Of a stretch of DNA of 64,000 nucleotides, positions 1 to 9,880 are shown piece after piece (position 1 is the stretch's first letter; every line of letters starts with the position of its first letter). Under the pieces are notes generated by a model. That model saw only the letters and a program-made list of their open reading frames with translations. It ran no database searches and was not told the DNA's origin. This DNA is from an uncultured Gemmatimonadales bacterium (GTDB lineage Bacteria > Gemmatimonadota > Gemmatimonadetes > Palauibacterales > Palauibacteraceae). The stretch lies in contig CAWANJ010000006.1 in NCBI GenBank assembly GCA_963783385.1, positions 384,001-448,000 of the forward strand. Direction: 5' to 3'. The position numbers and the translations under genes are program-made.

Positions 1-1978
1 CCCCCCTGACGCCCTCGAGGAGGCGCGCGCCCCGGAGGTCCCGCACCATCTCCTTCGCGTCCACGTCCGTCACGGGCTGGACCCGGAAGGTGACGTCGCC
101 GAGCGCCTCGACGTATACGCCCCCGAGCCCGAACATGATGAGCGGCCCGAAGTTGGGTTCGAGCGTCATGCCCACGATGGTCTCCCGGCCGCCACGCACC
201 ATGGGCTGCACGACCGCGCCCGTCATCACCGCGCCGTCGGGCCAGCTCGAGGCCCGCGACTCCATGTCGCTGTACGCCACGCGCACCGCCCGGGGCTCGT
301 CCAGGTCCAGCGCCACGGCTCCCGCCTCGGACTTGTGTGACAGCCCCGGAGCCACCGCCTTGAGCACGACCGGGTAGCCGAGCTCGCTCGCGGCCGCCGC
401 AGCTTCGTCGGCGCTCTCGACCACCCGGTAGGGGGCCACCGGAATCCGGTACGCCTCGAGAACCTCGAGCGCCTGCGGGACGGGCAGCAGCGCCCGACCC
501 TCGCTCGTCGCCTCGGCCAGCACCCGATCGGCACGCTCCCGGTCGACGTCCTCGAACTGGCGGACCTCGCCCGTGGGCCTGGCGAGCCAGCGCCGGTACT
601 TCTCCATGGCCGCCAGGGCGCGGGCCGCGGACTCCGGGAAGATGTAGGCCGGGATGCGGGCCTCATGGAGCTCGGCCATGCCCCGCGGGAGTCCCTCGCG
701 TCCCATGAGGACGGCCATCACCGGCTTGGGGGCACCTTCGGCCACCGAGCGAATGGCCCGGGCCACGTCGCCCGCGTCCACGCCGAGGGGCGGCACGAAG
801 GCGGCGATGACGGCGTCGACCTCCTCGTCGGCGAGCACGATCTCGAGCACCGAGCCGTATTCCTCCGCCCGGGCGCTGGCGATCATGTCGACCGGGTTCG
901 CCACGCTCGCTTCCTCGGGGAGGAGCTCGCGGAGGCGGGCCTGCGCACCCCCGGACAGCGGGGAGACTTCGAGGCCGCGAGACTCGCACGCATCGGCGAT
1001 GATGATCCCGGGTCCGCCGGCGTTCGTCACGATCGCCACCCGGGGCCCCTCCGGCATAGGGGCATTGCCAAAGGCCATCGCGGCGTCGAACAGCTCCTCG
1101 ACCGTGTCCACGCGCAGCACGCCGCACTGGGCGAAGAGCGCGTCGGTGGCTACGTCCATGGCCGCCATCGCTCCCGTATGGCTCGACGCCGCGCGGGCGC
1201 CCGCGCGGCTGCGTCCCGCCTTCACGGCGATCACGGGCTTCTTACGGGTCACTTCCCTGGCGATGCGCGTGAAGCGCCGCGGATTTCCGAAGTTCTCGAG
1301 GTAGAGGAGGATGACGCCGACGCGGGGGTCGTCGCGCCAATAGGCCAGGAGGTCGTTTCCGGAGACGTCGGCCTTGTTCCCCATGGAAACGAACTGGCTG
1401 ACGCCGATCCCGTATTCGGCCGCGTAGTCCAGGATGGTGACGCCCATGGCGCCCGACTGGCTCATGAACGCGATGGGCCCGGAAGGCGGCATGGAGGGGG
1501 CGAAGGTCGCGTTCATCGACATCTCGCCCGACGTGTTGATCACCCCCATGCAGTTGGGGCCGACCATCCGCATGCCGTGACTACGGACGATGTCCAGCAG
1601 CTCCCGCTCCCGGGTGATCCCGGCGCCTCCCACCTCCTTGAAGCCGGCGCTGATCACGACCACCCCCGGTACGCCGGCCTCGGCGCATTGCTCGACCACG
1701 GAGCGGACGTGCTCCTTGGGAACCACCACGACGGCCAGGTCGGGCACCTCGGGAAGGTCGCCGACCGATGGGAAGGCCCGAATCGAGTGGATCGCCCTGG
1801 CCCCGGGATTCACCGGATAGACGGTGCCCTGGAAGCCGTGCACGAGGAGATTGTCCACGATCTGGTAGCCGATCGTGCCCGGACGGCGGCTGGCGCCGAC
1901 CACCGCGATGGAGGACGGCCGCAGGATGGCGTCGAGGGACGGGCGAACGGGCCGTGGGGCCCGGTCGACGTCGCTCAA
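1..1978 (-). CDS. Acetate/acyl--CoA ligase (ADP-forming) family protein, 3' end runs off the window
   Basis: Not in the ORF track (no stop in window). Manual translation from TTG at 1978: MSDVDRAP...SLDAILRPSSIAVVGASRRPGTIG...YPVNP...GPNCMG...SQSG...GNKADV. Start overlaps the dnaN stop. Confidence 0.9.
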   Translation of the reverse strand, partial: MSDVDRAPRPVRPSLDAILRPSSIAVVGASRRPGTIGYQIVDNLLVHGFQGTVYPVNPGARAIHSIRAFPSVGDLPEVPDLAVVVVPKEHVRSVVEQCAEAGVPGVVVISAGFKEVGGAGITRERELLDIVRSHGMRMVGPNCMGVINTSGEMSMNATFAPSMPPSGPIAFMSQSGAMGVTILDYAAEYGIGVSQFVSMGNKADVSGNDLLAYWRDDPRVGVILLYLENFGNPRRFTRIAREVTRKKPVIAVKAGRSRAGARAASSHTGAMAAMDVATDALFAQCGVLRVDTVEELFDAAMAFGNAPMPEGPRVAIVTNAGGPGIIIADACESRGLEVSPLSGGAQARLRELLPEEASVANPVDMIASARAEEYGSVLEIVLADEEVDAVIAAFVPPLGVDAGDVARAIRSVAEGAPKPVMAVLMGREGLPRGMAELHEARIPAYIFPESAARALAAMEKYRRWLARPTGEVRQFEDVDRERADRVLAEATSEGRALLPVPQALEVLEAYRIPVAPYRVVESADEAAAAASELGYPVVLKAVAPGLSHKSEAGAVALDLDEPRAVRVAYSDMESRASSWPDGAVMTGAVVQPMVRGGRETIVGMTLEPNFGPLIMFGLGGVYVEALGDVTFRVQPVTDVDAKEMVRDLRGARLLEGVRG

Positions 1979-3078
1979 TCGAGGAGCCGCAGCGGCATCA
2001 CCAGGCACAGGTAATCGGGCTCGCCCCCGGCCGGTCGGAAGGTCGCCGCCCGCTCCGGGGCCCGGAACTCGATGCGGACGTCCTCGTCCGGCATGTAGCG
2101 CAGCACCTCGAGCAGGTAGTTGGCGTTGAAACCGATCTCGAGAGTCTCTCCCTGGTAGTCGACCGACACCTCGTCCTCGGCCTCTCCGAGGTCGGGTGTC
2201 TGGACGCGGAAGCCGAGAGTCCCATCGGAGAAGGAGAGGCGGACGCGGTGCGTCTGGTCGCTGGCCACCACGGCCATGCGCCGGAGCGCCTTCTCGAGCG
2301 CCTCGGTACTGCCGACCGCCTGCTTGTCGTTGTCCGAGGGGATGACCTGCTCGTAGTTCGGGTACGGTCCCTCGATGAGCCGGGTGTATACCACCCGTGC
2401 CGCGGAGCGGAAGGCCAGGTGGTTCTCGGACCGCGCCACCTCGACCTCCTCGTCGGCTTCGAACAGCCGCTCGACCTGCTGGAGCGCTTTCGGGGGCACG
2501 ATGAGGTCGGCTTCGGGAGCATCCACCTCCTCCAGCGGGAACGTCATGCGCGCCAGGCGGTGGCCGTTGGTGGCGACCATGGTGCAGTGGTCGGAACGCA
2601 GTTGCCACAACACCCCGTTCAGGATCGGCCGACTCTCCTCGGTCGATGCCGCGAAGGACGTGCGCCCGATGAGCTCCTGGAGCGTCCCGGCGGTCACCTT
2701 CCAGCTCTCGGAGAAGTCGACCTCGGGGAAGGACGGGAACTCCCCCTCGGGGAGCCCGAAGAGCTTGAAGCGGCTCTTCCCGCAGGACAGCTCGATCTGG
2801 TCACCATCCCCGACCAGGTGCACCGGGGCACTCTCGAGCTCCCGGGCGATGTCGGAGATCTTCCGGGCGGGAACGGTGATCGCTCCGGCCTTCTCCACCT
2901 CGGCGTCCACCGCTACCGACACCGAGATGTCCAGATCGGTGCCGCTCATCTCGAGCCTGGATCCCTGCGCCCGCAGGAGTATGTTCGAGAGGACCGGCAG
3001 GGTCGTCTTGTTGGGGATCGTGGCTGCCACGGCCCCGAGTCCCTCCTGCAACTTCTCGCGCGTTATCGAAAGCCTCAT
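1975..3078 (-). CDS. dnaN: DNA polymerase III beta sliding clamp
   Basis: TDLDIS, ATNGHRLA, RLIEGPYPNY, IGFNANYL and LVMPLRL motifs; directly downstream of dnaA. Confidence 0.98.
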   Translation of the reverse strand: MRLSITREKLQEGLGAVAATIPNKTTLPVLSNILLRAQGSRLEMSGTDLDISVSVAVDAEVEKAGAITVPARKISDIARELESAPVHLVGDGDQIELSCGKSRFKLFGLPEGEFPSFPEVDFSESWKVTAGTLQELIGRTSFAASTEESRPILNGVLWQLRSDHCTMVATNGHRLARMTFPLEEVDAPEADLIVPPKALQQVERLFEADEEVEVARSENHLAFRSAARVVYTRLIEGPYPNYEQVIPSDNDKQAVGSTEALEKALRRMAVVASDQTHRVRLSFSDGTLGFRVQTPDLGEAEDEVSVDYQGETLEIGFNANYLLEVLRYMPDEDVRIEFRAPERAATFRPAGGEPDYLCLVMPLRLLD

Positions 3079-3129
3079 CGAGCTCCTCGTTCCTCCCGTG
3101 GCGGCGACTTTCCCCGGCGATCATCAGGG

Positions 3130-3370
3130 CTACGGTATGATATAGTAATCTTCGTAGTAGTAGTAGGGACCGTGGACATGTGGACATCTCGGGGCGGCAC
3201 GCATGGAAGTCGAGCCTCCACGCGCTGTTCCATGTCTCCACCCACTGTGGACGGTCGGGGGAAAACCGGGTCTTCTTCGACGCGTGTCCACACGCGGAGC
3301 GTTCTCCGGAAGCCTCTCCACCCCGATCCACACTCCGTCAACGAGTCCCCGCGGCACGCGGGGAGAGACA
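3130..3370. other. oriC: Chromosomal replication origin oriC (dnaA-dnaN intergenic)
   Basis: AT-rich patch, (TAG)4 at 3155-3166, tandem boxes CGTGGACAT/TGTGGACAT at 3171-3187, further degenerate DnaA boxes at 3246-3254, 3284-3292 and 3324-3332. Confidence 0.85.
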
Positions 3371-4744
3371 TCAGTGGCGCAGCTCGTCCTGGAGCTCCCG
3401 GACCCGCACACGGAACTCCGGGTCCGAAGCCATTTCGGCCTCGACCTTGTTGACCGAGTGGATGACGGTGGAGTGGTCTCGGTCCCCGAAGAGCCCGCCG
3501 ATCTCGGTGTAGGGCAGGTCGAGGAGAGTCTTGATCAGGTACATGGCAATCTGACGGGGGACCGTGAGGTTTCGGGTTCGGCGCCTGGAGGTGAGCCCGT
3601 CCACGGTCACGTCCCATGCCTCCGCCGTCCGTCGTCGGATCTCCTCGGGTGTGGCGCGCTGCGGCTCGGGCTCCGGCTCGTCCGAACCTCCCAGCGCCTC
3701 CCGAGCCAGCTCGAGGGTGATCTCCCGGCGAGTCAGCGAGCTGTAGGCGAGCAGCTTGATGACGGCACCCTCGAGCTGCCGGACCGACGTCTTGCGGTGG
3801 CGCGCGATGTACTCGATGACGTCGTCGTCCAGGACGAGGCGGTCCTCGGCCGCCTTCTTCTGCAGGATAGCGACCCGCGTCTCGAAGTCGGGCGGCTTGA
3901 TGTCGGTGACAAGTCCCCACTCGAAGCGCGACACCAGGCGCTCCTGGAGACCGGGGATCTCCTGCGGGGGTCGGTCGCTCGTGATGACGATCTGCTTCTG
4001 GGCGTCGTAGAGGGAGTTGAAGGTGTGGAAGAACTCCTCCTGCGTGCCCTCCTTGTTGCCCAGGAAGTGTACATCGTCCACCAGGAGCACGTCGATCCGC
4101 CGGTAGCGCTGGCGGAACTCGGGCGTGCGGCCGCTCTGGATGGCCGAGATCATCTCGTTCGTGAACTGCTCGGACGGGATGTAGGCGACCCGGCGGCCCG
4201 GTGCTCGGTCCAGGATGGCGTGCCCGATGGCGTGCATGAGGTGCGTCTTGCCGAGGCCGGTGTCGCCGTAGATGAACAGAGGGTTGTAGGCCTTGGCCGG
4301 GGCATCGGCCACGCGCTGGCAGGCGGCCGCCGCCAGCTGGTTGTTCCCGCCGATGACGAAGCGCGAGAAGGTGTAACGCTCGTTGAGGCCGGAGTCGGAC
4401 GGGGAGGCCGACGCGGCGGCCGACTCGGTCGGCTCGGTGGAAGGCCGGGCGGCCTCGGAGGACCTGAACTCCGGGATCTGGATCCGGTCCGTATGGCCCT
4501 GGTGCTCGAACCGGAGCTCGAGCGAGCGTCCCAGCTGGCGCTCGGCCAAATCGACCAGGAGCGGACCGTACTTATCTTCGATCCACTCGACGGCGAACTT
4601 GGTGGGCGCGCCGACGACGAGCGTGTCGTCCGAGAGGGTGACGGCTTCCGTGGCCGAGAGCCACGTCCGGAACGTCTGCTCGGGAAGCACGTCCCGCGCG
4701 GCATCGGTAATGCGGGCCCAGACTTCGTTCGCGGTCAGTTCCAT
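3371..4744 (-). CDS. dnaA: Chromosomal replication initiator DnaA
   Basis: YNPLFIYGDTGLGKTHL, LLVDDVHF, RLVSRFEWGL, RDHSTVIH. Start moved to ATG 4744 (MELTANEVW) because the promoter lies inside the ORF-track extension. Confidence 0.98.
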   Translation of the reverse strand: MELTANEVWARITDAARDVLPEQTFRTWLSATEAVTLSDDTLVVGAPTKFAVEWIEDKYGPLLVDLAERQLGRSLELRFEHQGHTDRIQIPEFRSSEAARPSTEPTESAAASASPSDSGLNERYTFSRFVIGGNNQLAAAACQRVADAPAKAYNPLFIYGDTGLGKTHLMHAIGHAILDRAPGRRVAYIPSEQFTNEMISAIQSGRTPEFRQRYRRIDVLLVDDVHFLGNKEGTQEEFFHTFNSLYDAQKQIVITSDRPPQEIPGLQERLVSRFEWGLVTDIKPPDFETRVAILQKKAAEDRLVLDDDVIEYIARHRKTSVRQLEGAVIKLLAYSSLTRREITLELAREALGGSDEPEPEPQRATPEEIRRRTAEAWDVTVDGLTSRRRTRNLTVPRQIAMYLIKTLLDLPYTEIGGLFGDRDHSTVIHSVNKVEAEMASDPEFRVRVRELQDELRH

Positions 4745-4798
4745 GCGGCCTGGTTCCAGGGTCGGCCCGAGCACCGGGGGCAGGAGACGGGGGGCCTC

Positions 4799-4827
4799 AT
4801 TGTAGAGAGGGTGACCGGGAGTGTCAA
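4799..4827 (-). promoter_or_regulatory. sigma70-type promoter of dnaA
   Basis: Minus strand TTGACA-N17-TACAAT. Confidence 0.8.
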
Positions 4828-4870
4828 CGAGGAGGCCGGGGGGCACGAGGCCGGGCGAGCGCTCCTCACT

Positions 4871-4899
4871 TTGACAGTGGTCGGCCCTGCGTCTATACT
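4871..4899 (+). promoter_or_regulatory. sigma70-type promoter of the rpmH operon
   Basis: TTGACA-N17-TATACT. Confidence 0.85.
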
Positions 4900-4996
4900 G
4901 ATCGGCTCCTCGAAAAGCCGAGGCCCCGAACCGACGCCGCTCGCACCGAGCACGCCGCGAGCCGGCCCGCTTTCCCCGCGATCATAGACGGGTGTC

Positions 4997-5167
4997 ATGG
5001 GAAGGACGTGCAGCAAGACCACCAATCGCAAGCGCCGCCGCGACCATGGCTTTCGGGCCCGTATGAAGACCAAGGGTGGCCGCAAGACGCTCGCCCGTCG
5101 TCGCCGGAGGGGCCGCAAGCGGCTCAGCGTGAGCCGCGAGCGCGTGCGCAAGCATCGGGGCCGCTGA
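4997..5167 (+). CDS. rpmH: 50S ribosomal protein L34
   Basis: 56 aa, absent from the ORF track: [43 protein letters not shown]...; canonical position between dnaA and rnpA. Confidence 0.95.
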   Translation: MGRTCSKTTNRKRRRDHGFRARMKTKGGRKTLARRRRRGRKRLSVSRERVRKHRGR

Positions 5168-5215
5168 GGAGGGCGCCGGGGCCGCCGCGAGTCCGAGAGA
5201 CGAGGGTGACGTTGC

Positions 5216-5587
5216 GTGAGCGCGGGCGAGCGCTTCCCGCGCGCGGCGCGCCTGCGATCCTCGAAGGAGATTCGCGCGACCTTCCGGGAGGGCCGCCGCC
5301 ACGCGGGGCGCGACCTGGAGCTCTTCGCCAGGGGCTCCCCGAGCGGGCGACCGCGGGTGGCCATCGTCGTTCCGACGCACGGCCGCACCATCGCGGAGCG
5401 CAACCGGCTCCGGCGACGGCTCCGCGAGATCCTGCGCCGGGAATGGCTCCCGGCCGCGGTGCGTGAGGGCACGAGCGTGGATGTGGTGGTGCGGACCCGC
5501 GCCACGGCGTACGACCTCGGCTTCGGGGAGCTGCGCTCCGGGCTCCTGGAGGCGCTGGGAGGGCTGACGTGGCCGCGCGGTTCCTGA
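5216..5587 (+). CDS. rnpA: Ribonuclease P protein component
   Basis: RFPRAARL and [14 protein letters not shown] (RNR motif); synteny. Confidence 0.93.
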   Translation: MSAGERFPRAARLRSSKEIRATFREGRRHAGRDLELFARGSPSGRPRVAIVVPTHGRTIAERNRLRRRLREILRREWLPAAVREGTSVDVVVRTRATAYDLGFGELRSGLLEALGGLTWPRGS

Positions 5588-5832
5588 TCCTGCTCATCCG
5601 GGTGTACCGGGCGGCGTTCTCGCCGCTCCTCCCGCCGGCGTGTCGCTACACGCCGACCTGCTCGGAGTATGCGCTCGAGGCGGTGCAGCGCTTCGGCGCC
5701 CTCAGGGGAGGGTGGCTCGCCGCTCGCAGGCTGCTGCGCTGCCACCCCTTTGGAGGCTTCGGTCCCGATCCGGTGCCGCCCGCCGACGGTGAGTCGGTCC
5801 GGACGGAGGCCGCGGGGCGCGGGGTGACCTGA
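5569..5832 (+). CDS. yidD: Membrane protein insertion efficiency factor YidD
   Basis: [10 protein letters not shown] and RLLRCHPF motifs; synteny. Confidence 0.95.
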   Translation: MAARFLILLIRVYRAAFSPLLPPACRYTPTCSEYALEAVQRFGALRGGWLAARRLLRCHPFGGFGPDPVPPADGESVRTEAAGRGVT

Positions 5833-5836
5833 CGCG

Positions 5837-7609
5837 ATGGAGAAGCGCGTAACCCTGGCGATCGTGCTCATGATCGCCGTCGTCGTGATCACGAACCTCC
5901 TGTTCCCGCCCTCGGCGCCCAGGCACCCACCGGGGGCTGCCGTGGACTCGGCCGCCGTGGCGGCGGGCACTGCCGCGGTCGCGGGCAGCGCTTCCACGGC
6001 GCCGGACTCGGCGTCGACTTCCCAAGGTGTGGGAGCGCCGGCGGGCAGTGTGGCGGCCGGCAGCGCCGCGGCGAACATCGCGGCGCCCGACACCGGGACC
6101 GCGGCAGCCGGCCCCACGCCCTCGCTCGGGAACCAGGGCGCGGCCGAGACGGCGCCGGGCGACACCATCCGGGTTCGCACCCCCCTGTACTCCCTGGCGT
6201 TCGACACGCGTGGGGCCCGGCTGGTCAGTGCCACGCTCCGGCACTACGCCTCCTTCGCGAGCGGCGACTCGGCCGGCCGGAGGGCGGAGCTGGTACGCTC
6301 CGGCGAGCACCTGCTGTCGTGGCGGGTCGCCGTCGGTCCCGACACCCTCGATCTCTCCGGGCGCCGGTTCGAGCCCAGCGCCACGTCCGTCCGGGTGGAC
6401 AGCGGCGGCGGGGCCGACAGTCTCTCGTTCCGGTACGCCGTCCCCGGGACGAAGCTGGTCTATAGGGTCACGTACCGGTTCGAGCCGGACCGGTACCTGG
6501 TGGACGTGCACGGCACGTTCGAGGGTCTGGGCTCGCGGGGCTACACGGTGCTCGCCTGGCTGGGCAGCGGCATCCGTACGAACGAGGCGCATCCGGGGGA
6601 GGATTACAAGCACCTCGGCTACGTCGTGAACGGGCAGCAGGGGGTGAAGAGCCAGGGGCTCGACGATGTGAAGCCCGACAGCGTGCGGACGCCGGAGGGG
6701 GCGCCCTTCCGGTGGGTGGCCGTGAAGGACAAGTACTTTCTGGAGGCCCTGATCGCCTCTCGCGGGAAGCAGGGATTCGGCGGCCTCCTGGTGACCGGCG
6801 ACGCGGCGCCGCACACCGCCCACATGGAGGCGGCGCTTCCCGTCCCGGCCGGCCAGCCCGGCTTCGAGCTCCAGTCCTACCTGGGTCCGCAGGAGTTCGA
6901 TCGCCTGGCCGCCATCGGCCAGGAGCTCCAGAACGTGAACCCCTACGGCTGGCAGTGGCTCCGGTTCATCATCCGGCCGCTCGCCGGGCTCATCACCAAG
7001 ATCCTCACCTGGCTCCACAACGTGCTGGGCCTGCAGTACGGGTGGGTGCTCATCCTGTTCGGGATCCTGATGCGGGTCGTCCTGTTCCCGCTGTACCAGA
7101 AGTCGATGCGGGCCCAGATGGCCCAGATGAAGGTGCAGCCGCTGGTCAAGGAGCTACAGGCCAAGTACAAGGACGAGCCGGAGAAACTCCAGAAGGAGAT
7201 GATGCGGGTCTACCGGGAGCACAACATCAACCCGCTGGCCGGGTGCCTCCCGATGATGCTCCCGTTCCCGGTCCTGATCACGCTGTTCTTCGTGTTCGAG
7301 AACACGATCGAGTTCCGGGGCGTTCCCTTCCTGTGGCTTCCGGACCTCTCGCTCCAGGATCCGCTGTACATCATCCCGGTCGCCATGGGACTGTCGATGT
7401 TCGTGCTGCAGTGGATCGGGCAACGCGGCATGGAGCGGAACACGCAGATGAAGATGATGGGTTACGCCATGCCCGTCGTCATGACCTTCCTGTTCGCCCG
7501 CTTCCCGGCCGGGCTGAACCTGTACTACACGACCAGCAACCTGGCCTCGCTGCCGCAGCAGTGGTATCTGGCCAGGGAGCGAATGGAAGAGAGCGGGGGC
7601 TCCCGGTAG
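5837..7609 (+). CDS. yidC: Membrane protein insertase YidC
   Basis: N-terminal TM, periplasmic domain, NPLAGCLPM, FLWLPDLS, PAGLNLYY. Confidence 0.97.
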   Translation: MEKRVTLAIVLMIAVVVITNLLFPPSAPRHPPGAAVDSAAVAAGTAAVAGSASTAPDSASTSQGVGAPAGSVAAGSAAANIAAPDTGTAAAGPTPSLGNQGAAETAPGDTIRVRTPLYSLAFDTRGARLVSATLRHYASFASGDSAGRRAELVRSGEHLLSWRVAVGPDTLDLSGRRFEPSATSVRVDSGGGADSLSFRYAVPGTKLVYRVTYRFEPDRYLVDVHGTFEGLGSRGYTVLAWLGSGIRTNEAHPGEDYKHLGYVVNGQQGVKSQGLDDVKPDSVRTPEGAPFRWVAVKDKYFLEALIASRGKQGFGGLLVTGDAAPHTAHMEAALPVPAGQPGFELQSYLGPQEFDRLAAIGQELQNVNPYGWQWLRFIIRPLAGLITKILTWLHNVLGLQYGWVLILFGILMRVVLFPLYQKSMRAQMAQMKVQPLVKELQAKYKDEPEKLQKEMMRVYREHNINPLAGCLPMMLPFPVLITLFFVFENTIEFRGVPFLWLPDLSLQDPLYIIPVAMGLSMFVLQWIGQRGMERNTQMKMMGYAMPVVMTFLFARFPAGLNLYYTTSNLASLPQQWYLARERMEESGGSR

Positions 7610-7673
7610 GGTCCGTCCCCCCGCTGCCCGGACGGGAGGGGCCGTTCGCTCCGACGGCGGGCGCCGGGCCGGC

Positions 7674-8543
7674 TCAGTGCACCAGCGTGAACACGACTCC
7701 CAACAGCGTCTCGTTCTGTCTCCAGAACTGCTCGGCGCGCGACGGCCCCGCCCCGCCCTCCAGACCGAGTCGGAACCTGCCTCCGCCGAACCGCACCCCG
7801 GCCTGCCCCGATAGGATCGGGTCCCATCCCAGCTCCGCCCAGGAGAAGGCCTCCGCGCCCGCGTAGGGGGCGAAGGGGCCCCAGCGCAGCCGCGTCGGCA
7901 CCCATTCGAAACCGGCGCGCACCGAGGCGGCCACGAAGTTCCGCTTGGAGCGCACGATCGAGCCGGGGCCCCCGTACAGGATGAGCCCGGGCAGAGGCGA
8001 ACCCTGGACGAGGATCTCCAGACCCTCCCGGCTGGTGGAGTGCGGAAGGGCGCCGGTGCGAACCATGTACTCGTCGCCCAGGTGCGAGCTCACGTGGTAG
8101 AGCTCCGCCCGGGCCGCCAGCCCTCGCCACCCGGCCCGCAGCTGCAGGCCCACGCGGAAGTGGGCCTCCCGGAACTCGTTGTTCCGGCTCTGGAGGTCGA
8201 AGCGGGCGAAGGCCCCGCCGGCGAGCCCGATGGCGAGTCGCAGGGAGCGGTCGGGGGAGGACGAAGGGACGGCGCGCGCGGCGCCCGAGTCGTGCCGCGA
8301 GCCGCGCCTCAACCACACCGCGAACGCATCCCCGAAATTGGCCAGCCCCACCGTCCTGTGCTCCGAGCCGCGGTGGATCCGGACCGGCGCCAGTCGGGTG
8401 CCGGGCTCGATGGCGGAGGCGAGGGGAGGCCGGAACGGGTAGCCGTCGGGTCCGTCGAGGAGGCTCGTGGACTGCCCGACCGCGGCCCGGGGCGGGCACA
8501 GGCCGAGCACGCACAGGAGGAGCGCCGCCGGGACCGCGCGCAT
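7674..8543 (-). CDS. DUF1207-like secreted/outer-membrane protein
   Basis: Signal peptide; YHVSSHLGDEY motif typical of DUF1207. Confidence 0.75.
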   Translation of the reverse strand: MRAVPAALLLCVLGLCPPRAAVGQSTSLLDGPDGYPFRPPLASAIEPGTRLAPVRIHRGSEHRTVGLANFGDAFAVWLRRGSRHDSGAARAVPSSSPDRSLRLAIGLAGGAFARFDLQSRNNEFREAHFRVGLQLRAGWRGLAARAELYHVSSHLGDEYMVRTGALPHSTSREGLEILVQGSPLPGLILYGGPGSIVRSKRNFVAASVRAGFEWVPTRLRWGPFAPYAGAEAFSWAELGWDPILSGQAGVRFGGGRFRLGLEGGAGPSRAEQFWRQNETLLGVVFTLVH

Positions 8544-8575
8544 CGCCGCGGTCCCGGCGGACGCCGCCCGACCCG

Positions 8576-9373
8576 TCAGGCGGCTCGCTGACAGCGAGGA
8601 CAGATGTAGGTCTTACGACCGATGAGGGTCATCGACTCGAGCCCGTTCCGGCAACGGGGACAGGGCGCCCCGTCGGCGCGGTGGTTGATGAGCCAGCCCG
8701 GGTCGGCGTGCGCGGCCTCCCAGTGGAGGGTGGCGCGGCGCAGCACTCGCTTCAGGTACTTGTGCACCCGGGAGAGCTGGTGCTCGGTCATGTCCCCGAC
8801 GCGGGCGTCCGGGCGGTAGCCCGCCTGGAAGCAGATCTCGTCGGCGTACTCGTTCCCGATGCCGGCGATGATCTCCTGGTTCATCAGCATCCCCTTGAGC
8901 GAGCTGCGGGGATGCGCGGCGGCGAGCTCGATGAAGCGCTCGGGGGTGAGCTCGTCGCTGAGGGGGTCGATGCCGAGGTTCTCGAGGGTCTCCAGTCCAG
9001 CGAAGTCGTGGCCCTCGACCAGGTGCACCTCGCCCTTGTCGCCCGGGGAGGCGTAGCGGAGCTCGCGCCCGGCGGCGAACTGCAAGCGAATCTTGGAGTT
9101 AGGTGGTGGTGGGGCGGTCTGCGACTCGAGGTAGATCTCGCCCTGCTCACCCATGTGGAACACGAGGCTGTAGCCGGAGCGGAAGCGCAGGACGATGTAG
9201 CGTCCGTGGCGCTCGACCGCGTCGATCGCGAAGCTCTCGAGATGCTCCTCGGCGGCTTCGGGATCGACATCGACGGCCTCGGGCTCGTCGATCAAGACGT
9301 GGGAGATGGTCTTGCCGGTCGCGTAGCCGGCGAAGCCATCGATCATGCGCTCTACGTCGGGGAGCTCGATCAT
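8576..9373 (-). CDS. Fpg/Nei family DNA glycosylase-like protein with atypical N-terminus
   Basis: MIELPDVE start, H2TH motif IAGIGNEYADE, C-terminal CPRC...CPRCQ zinc finger. Confidence 0.9.
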   Translation of the reverse strand: MIELPDVERMIDGFAGYATGKTISHVLIDEPEAVDVDPEAAEEHLESFAIDAVERHGRYIVLRFRSGYSLVFHMGEQGEIYLESQTAPPPPNSKIRLQFAAGRELRYASPGDKGEVHLVEGHDFAGLETLENLGIDPLSDELTPERFIELAAAHPRSSLKGMLMNQEIIAGIGNEYADEICFQAGYRPDARVGDMTEHQLSRVHKYLKRVLRRATLHWEAAHADPGWLINHRADGAPCPRCRNGLESMTLIGRKTYICPRCQRAA

Positions 9374-9479
9374 GCGGCGAAGTCCTCCCTAGAAAAAGTT
9401 CTCGCGCGAATACCCCGAAGAAGCCCGAAAGTGCCGAACCCGGCGTCGGGCCCCGCCCCGTGCGGCGCACGCGGGGTGA

Positions 9480-9767
9480 TCAGCGTACGATCCTGAAGTC
9501 TCGCGGGAGGTCGTCGCCGGGGAGGATCTCCTCGACCGCCTCGACCCGGGCCGCCCGCGGTCCTCGGTTGAGCCAGTCGCGGAGACGCCCGAGGGCGTCG
9601 ACGCCGCCCGACGCGTGCACCTCGACCGAGCCGTCAGCGCGGTTGTGGACGGTGCCCGAAAGACCGAGCTTCCGCGCGATGCGGACCGTGTTCCAGCGGA
9701 AGCCGACTCCCTGCACGCGTCCCCGCACCCGGAACGCCCGTCGGGAGTCGGCGGTTTCGCCGTCCAT
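9480..9767 (-). CDS. acyP: Acylphosphatase
   Basis: C-terminal 95 aa of the ORF-track 9480..11486 frame: VRGRVQGVGFR...GTVHNRADGSVEV; start ATG 9767. Confidence 0.93.
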   Translation of the reverse strand: MDGETADSRRAFRVRGRVQGVGFRWNTVRIARKLGLSGTVHNRADGSVEVHASGGVDALGRLRDWLNRGPRAARVEAVEEILPGDDLPRDFRIVR

Positions 9768-9880
9768 GTTCGTTTGCTCACCCGTCGCCTGGAGGAGGTG
9801 CCCGGCGGGCGGTCGGCCGCGGACGCGAGACGCTCCGCGCAAACGACGTGCCGGGTTCGCCGGAGGGCCGCGTCGCCCTT

